The translations under genes were made by a program, and so were the position numbers. Of a stretch of 39,181 bases of DNA, positions 18,531 to 27,978 are shown in pieces; position 1 is the stretch's first letter; every line of letters begins with the position of its first letter. The notes beneath the pieces are model-generated. The model was not told the origin of the DNA. It did no database searches and saw only the letters and a list, made by a program, of their open reading frames with translations. Source of the DNA: Coprothermobacterota bacterium (GTDB lineage: Bacteria > Coprothermobacterota > HKB111); NCBI GenBank assembly GCA_037440465.1, contig JBBIUB010000011.1, positions 1 to 39,181 on the forward strand, given 5' to 3'.

Positions 18531-18680
18531 AGGATTCAAGGAATCGGGGGTTCGAGGGTTCGAAGACCAGTGATGTGTAACTTGTGACATGTGATATGTA
18601 ATCCTTTACTCATTACGCATTACTCATTACTCATCACTTGTCACTGGAATCCTTGACTCCTTGACCACTTGTACCCTTGA
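18531..18680. repeat. Nested octamer/heptamer inverted array (element B)
   Basis: Four octamers (GGATTCAA GGAATCGG GGGTTCGA GGGTTCGA), then CCAGTGA, heptamers (GTAACTT GTGACAT GTGATAT), inverted heptamers (TTACTCA TTACGCA TTACTCA TTACTCA TCACTTG), TCACTGG and four inverted octamers (AATCCTTG ACTCCTTG ACCACTTG TACCCTTG). Confidence 0.88.
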
Positions 18681-18683
18681 AAA

Positions 18684-19655
18684 TTAATATTTATCCAAGC
18701 CACCAATTTTCTTTTCAAATAACTCACTTATTGAACTATGTCTAACAATCCTGACTATTGCTTCTCCTATTAATGAAGTTACACTTAGAACAGTCAGATT
18801 CGGAAACATTTTTTCATCTGGAATAGGTATAGTATCAGTCACTACAACTTCTGTAACTCCACAGTCCGTTAGTCGCTTAGAGGCATTTTCTGAAAAAACA
18901 GGGTGAGTTGCACAGATATAAACATCTTTAGCGCTCCGTTTTTTAAGTTCCATTGCTGCATCTGTGACAGTTCCTGCTGTGTCAATAATATCATCAAAAA
19001 TAATTGCAGTTTTTCCTTCAACTTCACCTATTACATTCATTATTTCAAGAGCATTTGGTCTTGGTCTCCTCTTATCTATAACCGCTATAGACGCCTGGAG
19101 TTCCTCTGCTAAAGAACGAGACCGTACAAGGCTTCCTAAATCAGGGCTAACTACTACCGGATCGTAAAGTTTTTTCTTTTTTAAATAATGATTAAAGATG
19201 AAAAGGGGAGTAAGGTTATCCAGGGGTATATCAAAGAAGCCTTGAATCTGCCCGCTATGTAAATCCACTGCAACTACTCTTGAAGCTCCAGCAGCAGTTA
19301 AAAGATTAGCGACAAGTTTTGCAGTAATAGGTTCTCTACCTTTAGCCTTTCTATCCTGGCGAGCATAACCAAAGTATGGAGTAATTATATTGATAGACCG
19401 AGCTGAAGCTCTCACGAAAGCATCTACTGTTATCAGTAGTTCCATATAGCTTTCATTAACAGGATAGCAGGTGGATTGAATCAGGAAAATGTCCAGCCCC
19501 CTTACACTTTCCTTAATTTGAACATTAGTTTCTCCGTCTGCAAAACGACTGATGATTATTTTGCCCAGAGAAAGGTCAACATAACGAGCAACCTTATCAG
19601 CAAGCTCCGGGTGGGAACTACCAGAAAAAATTTTAACTTCCTCAAAGTTAACCAT
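18684..19655 (-). CDS. prs: Ribose-phosphate pyrophosphokinase
   Basis: FADGE, PYFGYARQDRK, DLHSGQIQGFF, DKRR, DDIIDTAGT. Start moved to ATG 19655 behind AAGGAGG. Confidence 0.97.
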   Translation of the reverse strand: MVNFEEVKIFSGSSHPELADKVARYVDLSLGKIIISRFADGETNVQIKESVRGLDIFLIQSTCYPVNESYMELLITVDAFVRASARSINIITPYFGYARQDRKAKGREPITAKLVANLLTAAGASRVVAVDLHSGQIQGFFDIPLDNLTPLFIFNHYLKKKKLYDPVVVSPDLGSLVRSRSLAEELQASIAVIDKRRPRPNALEIMNVIGEVEGKTAIIFDDIIDTAGTVTDAAMELKKRSAKDVYICATHPVFSENASKRLTDCGVTEVVVTDTIPIPDEKMFPNLTVLSVTSLIGEAIVRIVRHSSISELFEKKIGGLDKY

Positions 19656-21039
19656 TTCTTTTCCTCCTTTCTCTCCTTTTAGAGACCCATTTTTCCTTAT
19701 TAACCTGTTTTTCTCTACCAAGGGCCAACGCCTCTGGTGGAACATCCTGATTTATAACCGAACCAGCACCAATATATGCATCTTTCCCTATTTTAAGAGG
19801 GGCTATCAGTGTGGAATTACTTCCGACAAAAACGCCATCATCTATTGTGGTTGGATGTTTCCTTTCGCCATCATAGTTGCAGATAATCGTTCCTGCGCCA
19901 ATATTAACACTCTCGCCTAACGTTGCGTCTCCCAGATAGCTTAAATGAGGTACCTTAGTTCCTTTTCCAATTGTACTTTTTTTAATCTCAGCAAAGTTTC
20001 CAATTTTAGCGCCTTTTTTTATTAGAGTATCTGGTCTAAGATGTGAGAATGGTCCCACACGGACACCTTCTTCTAAAACAGCACTCTCAAGCTCAGAGAG
20101 GTAAACCAGGCAGTTCTCGCCAATCATAGAATCTTTTATCATAGCCATGGGGCCAATTACTGAACCTTTCTTTATTTCAGTCTTACCCAAAAGAAAAGTA
20201 AAGGGGTTAATTGTGACATCTGGTTCTATTGAAACCCCAATCTCTACAAAGGTTGAACAAGGGTCTATAACTGTCACTCCTCTATCCATAAAGGTATTTA
20301 ATAGTCTTTCCCTTAGAATTGTATGCATCCGAGCAAGTTCTTTTCGGGAATTAATTCCCTGGCAAACTGAAGGGTCATCAAGATATAACATAATTTCTAC
20401 TTTGTGTCCAGAGTTTTTAAGAAGTTTGAGAACATCAGTTAGATAATACTCCCCCTGGTTATTATTTGGCTTCAAAAGAGGAAGGGTACTTTCTAATAAC
20501 TTTCCCTTAAAAACATAGACAGAAGCATTAATTTCCTTAATTAAAGCTTCTTCAGGAGAAGCATCGCTTTCTTCAATGATTGAAGAAAACTCGCCCTTCT
20601 TATCGCGGACTACCCGTCCATATCCTGTAGGATTTTCCACCAAAGTGGTAAATATAGTAGCAGAAGCATCAGAGTTCAAATGATGGTCCAGAAGCAACTT
20701 TAACACTTCTCCTGTAATAAATGGAGCATCCCCTGGAACCACAAGAACCTGTTCTGCTTTACTTTCAGATATATAAGGGATTGCTTTTATTAAGGCATCA
20801 CCCGTACCCAGTGGAGGGTCCTGGAGAACATAATGAAATCTGTCACCAAAAATATCTTTAATTTGCTGACCATTAGTGCCGATAATAATAAGAATATCCT
20901 TTATTCCCAATTCTTCTATGGCTTTGATAGGATAGGAGATTAGAGGTTGACCTAATAAAGGATGTAAAACTTTAGGTAATCTTGATTTCATCCTTTTGCC
21001 TTGCCCCGCAGCCAGTAATATTCCAGTTATCTTATCCAT
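19648..21039 (-). CDS. glmU: Bifunctional UDP-GlcNAc pyrophosphorylase / GlcN-1-P acetyltransferase
   Basis: LAAGQGKRMKS..PKVLH, GYGRVVR, EYYLTD, hexapeptide repeats, HLSYLGDA, CNYDG. Confidence 0.97.
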   Translation of the reverse strand: MDKITGILLAAGQGKRMKSRLPKVLHPLLGQPLISYPIKAIEELGIKDILIIIGTNGQQIKDIFGDRFHYVLQDPPLGTGDALIKAIPYISESKAEQVLVVPGDAPFITGEVLKLLLDHHLNSDASATIFTTLVENPTGYGRVVRDKKGEFSSIIEESDASPEEALIKEINASVYVFKGKLLESTLPLLKPNNNQGEYYLTDVLKLLKNSGHKVEIMLYLDDPSVCQGINSRKELARMHTILRERLLNTFMDRGVTVIDPCSTFVEIGVSIEPDVTINPFTFLLGKTEIKKGSVIGPMAMIKDSMIGENCLVYLSELESAVLEEGVRVGPFSHLRPDTLIKKGAKIGNFAEIKKSTIGKGTKVPHLSYLGDATLGESVNIGAGTIICNYDGERKHPTTIDDGVFVGSNSTLIAPLKIGKDAYIGAGSVINQDVPPEALALGREKQVNKEKWVSKRRERRKRNG

Positions 21040-21177
21040 AGTTAGTTACTTTAAGAAAATGTTTATAGAGACCTGTATTTATGAAATTAAATATCTGGTG
21101 AATCATCTTAAAAGCAATACTCACAACTACAAATCTCCTTTTTATAACTCAAAAGATATTCACTAAAGATAACATAC

Positions 21178-21252
21178 TGGCTGGGGAGGGAGGATTTGAA
21201 CCCCCGAATGGCGGATCCAAAGTCCGCTGCCTTACCACTTGGCGACTCCCCA
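21178..21252 (-). tRNA. tRNA-Gln (anticodon TTG), CCA encoded
   Basis: TGGGGAG TCGCCAAGTGGTAAGGC AGCGGA CT TTG GA TCCGC CATTCGGGGGTTCAAATCCTCC CTCCCCA GCCA folds into a cloverleaf. Confidence 0.97.
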
Positions 21253-21286
21253 CTCCATTAATTATAAGGCAGAAGCAGATGAAGGG

Positions 21287-22579
21287 TCAAGGATATATTT
21301 TATCTAACATCCTTGGAAATGCGATGGTTTCACGTATATGAGAAAGTCCACAAACCCAGGCTACTGTCCTTTCCAAACCCAAACCAAATCCAGAATGAGG
21401 AACAGACCCGTACCTCCTCAAATCCAGGTACCATTGATAAGCCTCAACTGGGAGATTGTGCTCTTCAATCCTTTTTAAAAGAAGGTTATAATCATCTATT
21501 CTCTGAGAACCACCTATGATTTCTCCATAACCCTCAGGAGCCAGAAGGTCAGCACATAATGCAACTTCTGGGTTGTCAGGGTTGGGTTGCATATAGAAAG
21601 CTTTAACCTTTGCTGGATAATGAGTAATAAAAACTGGTTTTTCATAAAGGTTGGAGATAAATGTTTCGTGAGGAGAGCCCAGATCATCGCCCCACTCAAT
21701 AGGTAAGCCATTATCTCTTAATAACTCCAACGCTCTATCGTAAGTGATTTTAGGAAATAGAGGTTCTACTTTTGTTAAGGGAGCTATATCTCTATTTAGA
21801 GTAGAAAGCTCGTGAGATCTTTTCTCAAGAACCCTTTTAACCATAAACGAAACCAGTTCTTCTTGTATTGCCATATTCTCATCTTGCTCAACAAAAGCCA
21901 TTTCTGGTTCCAGCATCCAGAATTCCATCAGATGCCGCCTTGTACGGGATTTTTCAGCTCTGAAGGTTGGACCGAAGGTGTAAACCTTTCCCAAAGCCAT
22001 TGCAGTAGCTTCGTTATAAAGCTGGCCACTCTGGGTTAAGTAAACCGATTCACCATAGTAATCTACTTTAAAGAGTGTAGAAGTTCCTTCGCAGGCAGCT
22101 GGAGTTAGTATGGGTGTATCAATCTGTATGAATCCACGATAATTCAAAAAATCTCTTATAGATGAAATTATTTCTGCTCTAATTCTTAAAATAGATGATA
22201 TGTGCTGAGACCTAAGCCAGAGATGTTGATGAGCTGTCAAAAACTCAACTCCATGCTCTTTAGGTGAAATGGGGTAATCCTGGCTAATTTGATATATATT
22301 AAGTTCCTCTACTTCTATTTCAACACCACCGATTGCTCGTTTGTCTTCCTTAACAATTCCTATAATTGAAAGAGAGCTTTCCTGGGTTAACTTATCAGCT
22401 TCAACAAACTGTGAATCCTTTACCCTATCTTTGGATATTAATCCCTGTACGATACCTGTTCCATCTCTAATTAAAATAAAAACTAATTTCCCTTTAGAAG
22501 TTCGGCTATATAACCATCCTTTAATTTCAACTATTTTTCCAATATAATCTTTTAAATCTTCAATTCTAACCCAGGTCAT
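21287..22579 (-). CDS. asnS: Asparagine--tRNA ligase
   Basis: RDGTG, ACEGTSTLF, YLTQSGQLY, FRAEKSRTRRHL.EFWM.EPE, EIIGGSQR, PHSGFGLGLER. Start moved to ATG 22579 behind AAGGAGG. Confidence 0.96.
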   Translation of the reverse strand: MTWVRIEDLKDYIGKIVEIKGWLYSRTSKGKLVFILIRDGTGIVQGLISKDRVKDSQFVEADKLTQESSLSIIGIVKEDKRAIGGVEIEVEELNIYQISQDYPISPKEHGVEFLTAHQHLWLRSQHISSILRIRAEIISSIRDFLNYRGFIQIDTPILTPAACEGTSTLFKVDYYGESVYLTQSGQLYNEATAMALGKVYTFGPTFRAEKSRTRRHLMEFWMLEPEMAFVEQDENMAIQEELVSFMVKRVLEKRSHELSTLNRDIAPLTKVEPLFPKITYDRALELLRDNGLPIEWGDDLGSPHETFISNLYEKPVFITHYPAKVKAFYMQPNPDNPEVALCADLLAPEGYGEIIGGSQRIDDYNLLLKRIEEHNLPVEAYQWYLDLRRYGSVPHSGFGLGLERTVAWVCGLSHIRETIAFPRMLDKIYP

Positions 22580-22598
22580 AATTGTTTTTCCTCCTTTT

Positions 22599-23630
22599 CT
22601 AAAAAATATCAAAATCCCCGCAGGTTAGATACCACTGATTTTTACCAATTAAAGTTTTGTCAAACTCTTTAACCAAAAAAGGAATCTTGTCAGGTCTTTT
22701 AAAATAACCTCTTCTTTTCAATATACCTGTTAAAAAAGAATCATTTAATACCTGGAACTCCAGAGTGGAAGCATTCTTTTCTTTAGCAGACTTCTCTAAG
22801 CCTGAAATAACTGAAGAAAGTAATTCTTCTTTTAAGATTACAAACTCTCCTACTTTAAACCTTTTTAATATTCCTCTTTCATCCCTTTTGAGGATAATAA
22901 AACCAAAGGGCATATTATTAATAATAAAAGTATAATACAAATAGTCTGAATCAGGTTTTATACTATAACGCCAACTAAGATAAGCACTACTTCTGTCTAC
23001 TGCTATAGTATTTTTCATCTTGCTGTAATACTCCTGCCAGAGAGTTTCATACACAAAAGGAAGGTTTTTTTCTTCAACTATTTTTACATCTGAGTGAGAG
23101 ATTTTATTTGAGGGTAAAATAAGACCTACAAAAATCTCTATTATAGGAGACAACCACGAGAAATACCTTAGATAACTACGACTTCTCAAGACCTCTTTCC
23201 AACTAATTATTTTTACATACCTAATTAATTTTCCTTTTTCTTCCCATCCTTGTTTTAGATAAGCAGAAACAGAATTTCTGTTGGGGAAACCAAAAAATAG
23301 CTTATATCCAACTTGTGAGCCTTCCTTCATCGTTAAAGAGATAAGGGCGTTAAAAATACCTTTACCACGATATGAAGGGTGTACCATGCTTTCAACTGAC
23401 TGTCCAGCAAGAAACCGTTTACTATCAACAAGAATAGGTAATGGCCAGACTGCTTCATGGCCTACTATTTTTTCATCTTCTTCAGCCAGAGCAATCACGG
23501 GTTTAGCAAAGGGTACATCTTCAAACTTCCATTTCCATATCCTTTCGTTCATCATTCTTTGGGGCCAAACAAGTTTAAACAGAGAAAGAATTTTTTCTAT
23601 GTCTTCGGTATCAAAAAGTCTATATTTCAT
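22599..23630 (-). CDS. GNAT family N-acetyltransferase (two-domain)
   Basis: MVHPSYRGKGIF (motif A), FGFPN..S, DRSSAYLSWRY, C-terminal GDFDIF. Confidence 0.85.
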   Translation of the reverse strand: MKYRLFDTEDIEKILSLFKLVWPQRMMNERIWKWKFEDVPFAKPVIALAEEDEKIVGHEAVWPLPILVDSKRFLAGQSVESMVHPSYRGKGIFNALISLTMKEGSQVGYKLFFGFPNRNSVSAYLKQGWEEKGKLIRYVKIISWKEVLRSRSYLRYFSWLSPIIEIFVGLILPSNKISHSDVKIVEEKNLPFVYETLWQEYYSKMKNTIAVDRSSAYLSWRYSIKPDSDYLYYTFIINNMPFGFIILKRDERGILKRFKVGEFVILKEELLSSVISGLEKSAKEKNASTLEFQVLNDSFLTGILKRRGYFKRPDKIPFLVKEFDKTLIGKNQWYLTCGDFDIF

Positions 23631-23653
23631 CTTGACTTTGCTTCAATCCTTTT

Positions 23654-24736
23654 TTACCCTCTAAAGCGGATGTACACAATATCCCCATCTTCTATTAGAG
23701 AATCTTTACCCTCAAATCTCATCAAACCAGATTCTTTCACTTTTTGTACTGAACCCATCCTGACCAAATCTTCATATCGGACTACTTCTGCTTTAATAAA
23801 ACCTTCATCCATCACTGAATGTATTGTACTTGCTGCTTCTCTCAAAGTTGCTCCCTTTTTAATTATCCAATTCTGCAAAATATCTGAAGCAGTTGTATAA
23901 AAAATAACACAGTTAAGTAAAGAGAAGGTTTTTTTGACGAGATTATCAAGAGTCCTGCTTGATAATCCTATGGAGTTTAGATATTCATTTATTTCATTTT
24001 GAGATAAAACACTAAGCTCAGTTTCAAGTTTTGCTGGTGAAATTACCCACTCATCACCTCTACCTTTAAGAAACTCCAATATCCTTAATGTTTCTTCTTG
24101 TGAAGTGCTCTCTTCTTTTTCAGAAATGTTTAATACAAAAAGTGTTGGCTTCACGCTTAAAAGGGAATATTTCTTGATATAAGACTGGGAAATATCTTCA
24201 CATCTTCTAAGGGGTTCCCCTTTGTCAAGATGAAATAGCATTTTTTCAAGAACTGCTGCTTCTTCAGCATCTTCTTTGTGCCCGAGCTTCAAACTCTTTT
24301 TCAGTTTATCAAATGACTTCTCAAGTAAAGCTATATCACTTAACATGAGCTCCAGCTCAACAATTTCTACATCTCTTACAGGGTCTAAAGAACCTTCCAC
24401 ATGAGCTATATCGCCATCGCTATAGCATCTAACTACATGAACGATTACATCTACATTGCGAATATGCGAAAGAAATTGATTCCCCAAACCAGCTCCTTTA
24501 TGAGCGCCTTTAACTAAACCAGCTATATCCAGAAACTTCAATCTGGCCAATCTTGATTCGCGGGGAGTCAGAAGGTCTTTTAGTTTTACCAATCTTTCAT
24601 CGGGAATAAAAACTTCTGCTATATTTGGTTCTATTGTGGTGAAAGGATAAGGTCCAACTTCGCCCTCATGAAAAGTGAGAGCATTGAAGAGTGTAGTTTT
24701 TCCTACATTTGGAAGACCTACAATACCTGCTTGCAC
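23654..24736 (-). CDS. ychF: Obg-family ATPase YchF
   Basis: GIVGLPNVGKTTLFNALT, YPFTTIEPN, DIAGLVKGA..GAGLGNQFL.HIR, GFIKAEV, DGDIV. Confidence 0.95.
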   Translation of the reverse strand: MQAGIVGLPNVGKTTLFNALTFHEGEVGPYPFTTIEPNIAEVFIPDERLVKLKDLLTPRESRLARLKFLDIAGLVKGAHKGAGLGNQFLSHIRNVDVIVHVVRCYSDGDIAHVEGSLDPVRDVEIVELELMLSDIALLEKSFDKLKKSLKLGHKEDAEEAAVLEKMLFHLDKGEPLRRCEDISQSYIKKYSLLSVKPTLFVLNISEKEESTSQEETLRILEFLKGRGDEWVISPAKLETELSVLSQNEINEYLNSIGLSSRTLDNLVKKTFSLLNCVIFYTTASDILQNWIIKKGATLREAASTIHSVMDEGFIKAEVVRYEDLVRMGSVQKVKESGLMRFEGKDSLIEDGDIVYIRFRG

Positions 24737-24738
24737 TT

Positions 24739-25632
24739 TTATAAACCACGAATAGAACGTAAACGCAGTATTCTTGATGCGATAGAGGGATGTGTACTAA
24801 AAAGACCTTCTAAATCAATTCCTTTACTAAAAGGGTTAACAATAAACATATGAGCCATAGCTTCAGTTGACGAACGCATCGGTTGTTTATGCTCCTCAAG
24901 CTTCTCAAGAGCCTGCACAAGACCTTCAGGATAACGAGTTAGCAGTGCACTCGTAGAATCTGCCAGAAACTCTCTTTGCCGGGAAATCGCTAACCTTATA
25001 AGTGTCATAAATATAGGAGCAAGAATGAGAAGAATCAACCCAACAATAAGTACGACAGCATTTCCTCCTCCTTTTCCCCTTCTTCTGCTACTCCCTCTGA
25101 AGCTCATCCTTAAGACAATATCTCTCATTATCACAACTGCACCAACCAGTACTGCAGCTATAGTAGCCAGAAGGATATCATAATTCCTGATATGCGATAT
25201 CTCGTGAGCAATAACCCCTTCCAACTCCTGCCGGTCAAGTATCTTTAGTAAACCGGTGGTTACTGCAATAGCACTACGTTTAGGATCCCTTCCGGTAGCA
25301 AAGGCGTTAGGTGATAAATCATCAATAACATATACTCTGGGCTTGGGGATACCAGCAGCAATAGCTACTCCTTCTGTCGCATTGTGAAGGTAGCGGAACT
25401 CCTCATAAGAAGCCTCCCTGGCACCTGTTATAGATAAGGCAATCTTATCTGAATACAAGTAACTTCCCAAACTAAAAAAGATAGCCATACCCAGAGAGAT
25501 AGTTGTAATAACTCCATGAAACTCCCCTCCTACATCCAGAAAATAGCCAACCCCTACTATCAGCAGGAACATAAAAAATATTAGGATAAGGCTAATTATT
25601 ACATTTTGCCTGATCTGACTGCTTAAACTCAT
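24739..25632 (-). CDS. htpX: M48 zinc metalloprotease HtpX
   Basis: PNAFATG, AHEISH (HExxH), SRQREFLAD, FSTHP, TM segments. Confidence 0.94.
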   Translation of the reverse strand: MSLSSQIRQNVIISLILIFFMFLLIVGVGYFLDVGGEFHGVITTISLGMAIFFSLGSYLYSDKIALSITGAREASYEEFRYLHNATEGVAIAAGIPKPRVYVIDDLSPNAFATGRDPKRSAIAVTTGLLKILDRQELEGVIAHEISHIRNYDILLATIAAVLVGAVVIMRDIVLRMSFRGSSRRRGKGGGNAVVLIVGLILLILAPIFMTLIRLAISRQREFLADSTSALLTRYPEGLVQALEKLEEHKQPMRSSTEAMAHMFIVNPFSKGIDLEGLFSTHPSIASRILRLRSIRGL

Positions 25633-26177
25633 GAAAAACTTACTCTTGGAACCTCCTTTTCTTCTTCAGGAATAGAGAAAAATTCTGCTGCTTTATAACC
25701 AAAGATTGAAGCAACTAAGTTCGTAGGAAATACATGAGTAGTGGTATTATAATTCATTACTGTATCATTATAAAATTGGCGTGCAAAGGCAATTTTACTC
25801 TCTGTTCCTGATAATTCTTCCTGAAGCATAAGAAAATTTTGATTAGCCTTTAGGTCGGGGTAAGCTTCCGCTACTGCAAAGAGTGATTTTAGAACACCTG
25901 ATAGAACATTGCTCGCATCACTTACTTCTTTAACAGATCCTCCACTAGTTGTCTTGGCTCTTAATTCAGTAACCTTTGCAAAAAGCTCCCTTTCATGAGT
26001 TGCGTAGCCTTTTACCACTTCCACGAGGTTAGGAATCATATCCGCCCTTCTTTTTAACTGCACATCAATCTGCCTCCAGCTGTTATCAACCCTTACTCTC
26101 AATACAACCAGACGGTTGTAAAGAAATACTCCAATAAGAAGTACTCCTAATACAAAAAATAACAGATAACCAAACAT
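25629..26177 (-). CDS. lemA: LemA family protein
   Basis: N-terminal TM, YNRLV, IDVQLKRRADMIPNLV, EAYPDLKAN.NF, ARQFYN. Confidence 0.95.
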   Translation of the reverse strand: MFGYLLFFVLGVLLIGVFLYNRLVVLRVRVDNSWRQIDVQLKRRADMIPNLVEVVKGYATHERELFAKVTELRAKTTSGGSVKEVSDASNVLSGVLKSLFAVAEAYPDLKANQNFLMLQEELSGTESKIAFARQFYNDTVMNYNTTTHVFPTNLVASIFGYKAAEFFSIPEEEKEVPRVSFS

Positions 26178-26180
26178 TAT

Positions 26181-27887
26181 TTAAACCTCCTTTTTATTTA
26201 AAAATGGTATTTTTATACCTTTATCTTTAGCAACCTTTATTGCTTCTTGATAACCAGCATCTACATGTCTCATTACCCCTGTACCTGGGTCATTTGTCAG
26301 AACCAGCTGTAAACGCCTCTCGCTTTCCTCACTCCCATCTGCTACCACTACCATGCCTGCATGAATAGAATAACCTATACCCACTCCACCACCATGATGA
26401 AGAGACACCCAATGGGCCCCGGAAGCTGTATTTAAAAGAGCATTCAAAACTGGCCAGTCAGCTATAGCATCAGAACCATCTTTCATATTTTCTGTCTCAC
26501 GATAGGGGCTCGCTACAGAACCAGAATCAAGATGGTCTCTTCCGATAACGATAGGCGCTTTAATTCTTCCTTTCTTAACAAGATGGTTAAACTCTGAGCC
26601 TGCCTTATCTCGTTCGCCATAACCAAGCCAGCATATCCTGGCGGGAAGACCCTGAAAATGAACCTTTCTCTGAGCCATTTTTATCCATCTTTTTAGATGT
26701 TCATCTTTAGGGAAAAGTTTTAAAATGGCTCTGTCAGTCTCGTATATATCTTCTGGGTCTCCAGAAAGAGCAACCCACCTGAATGGACCCTTGCCTTCAC
26801 AGAAGAGTGGCCTTATGTATGCTGGTACAAAACCAGGATAACTATAAGCATCTTTTACGCCTTCTTTGAAGGCTTGAGTCCTTAAATTATTGCCATAATC
26901 AAATACAACTGCTCCCTTTTTTTGCATCTCCAGCATAGATTCAACCTGTCTTGCCATAGAAAAATAAGACTTTTTTAAATAGTCCTGAGGATTAGCTTTT
27001 CTTAAAGCAATAGCTTCTTCCAATTTAAGTCCAGCAGGAATATAGCCATTGAGTGGGTCATGAGCAGAGGTCTGGTCAGTAACCAGGTCAGGAGTTATCC
27101 CACGCCTTACCAACTCCAGATGGGTTTCAGAAGCATTGCCTATCAAGGCTATAGAACGGGGTATTCTCTTCTTTACTGCCTCGTCCATCCACCTAATAGC
27201 TTCCCCAAGATCACTGGTTACCATTTCTACATAACCTGTATCCAATCTTCTTTTAACTCTGGAAGGGTCTACTTCTACTGCCAGAATCACTCCTTCATTC
27301 ATAGTCACAGCTAGAGGCTGAGCTCCACCCATCCCACCCAGACCAGCAGTTAGTACCCATTTACCTTTAAGAGAACCTCCATAGTGAGTCCTTCCAGCTT
27401 GACCGAATGTTTCAAAAGTACCTTGAAGAATACCTTGAGTGCCAATATATATCCAGGAACCTGCAGTCATCTGCCCATACATAATCAAACCTTTCTCTTC
27501 CAGTTCCCAGAAGTACTCAAGGTTAGCCCAGGCTGGAACAAGATGAGAATTAGCTATAAGCACCCGGGGTGCAAAAGAATGAGTCTTAAAAACCCCAACA
27601 GGTTTACCTGATTGTATTAGGAGAGTTTCATCACCATCTAATTCACGCAATGACTTAACTATACTTAAATAAGATTCGTAATTCCTTGCTGCTTTACCCC
27701 GACCTCCATAAACTACAAGATCTCCGGGTCTCTCAGCAACTTCAGGGTCTAACACATTCAAAAACATCCTCAGTGCTGCTTCTTGAGGCCAGCCCTTAGT
27801 CCAGAGCTTCGTACCCTTGAGAACTCTGGTTTTACCTGGAATCAATTCTAATTCTTCCTTTACTACCTCTTCAGCCACTACCTTCAC
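26181..27887 (-). CDS. hutU: Urocanate hydratase
   Basis: [59 protein letters not shown]. The start could instead be GTG 27878. Confidence 0.98.
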   Translation of the reverse strand: MKVVAEEVVKEELELIPGKTRVLKGTKLWTKGWPQEAALRMFLNVLDPEVAERPGDLVVYGGRGKAARNYESYLSIVKSLRELDGDETLLIQSGKPVGVFKTHSFAPRVLIANSHLVPAWANLEYFWELEEKGLIMYGQMTAGSWIYIGTQGILQGTFETFGQAGRTHYGGSLKGKWVLTAGLGGMGGAQPLAVTMNEGVILAVEVDPSRVKRRLDTGYVEMVTSDLGEAIRWMDEAVKKRIPRSIALIGNASETHLELVRRGITPDLVTDQTSAHDPLNGYIPAGLKLEEAIALRKANPQDYLKKSYFSMARQVESMLEMQKKGAVVFDYGNNLRTQAFKEGVKDAYSYPGFVPAYIRPLFCEGKGPFRWVALSGDPEDIYETDRAILKLFPKDEHLKRWIKMAQRKVHFQGLPARICWLGYGERDKAGSEFNHLVKKGRIKAPIVIGRDHLDSGSVASPYRETENMKDGSDAIADWPVLNALLNTASGAHWVSLHHGGGVGIGYSIHAGMVVVADGSEESERRLQLVLTNDPGTGVMRHVDAGYQEAIKVAKDKGIKIPFLNKKEV

Positions 27888-27978
27888 CTCTCGGGCCTTT
27901 TAAATAATCCGACTACCTTTGTCAAACCCATTTTATATTATAGTATAAAATAAATAAAAAGATTCTGGAAGGAGAATC

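Noticed and set aside
18531..18680. Repeat arrays as CRISPR or IS ends
   Set aside because: Units are 7-8 nt and degenerate, with no spacers. No cas or transposase gene is present in the window.
19656..19745. Long N-terminal extensions of prs (and of asnS at 22580-22612) in the ORF track
   Set aside because: They overlap the upstream genes. Downstream ATGs have AAGGAGG SDs and match the family N-termini.
21178..21252. tRNA-Gln as a prophage or island attachment site
   Set aside because: No integrase and no duplicated tRNA 3' end seen; it is flanked by core genes.
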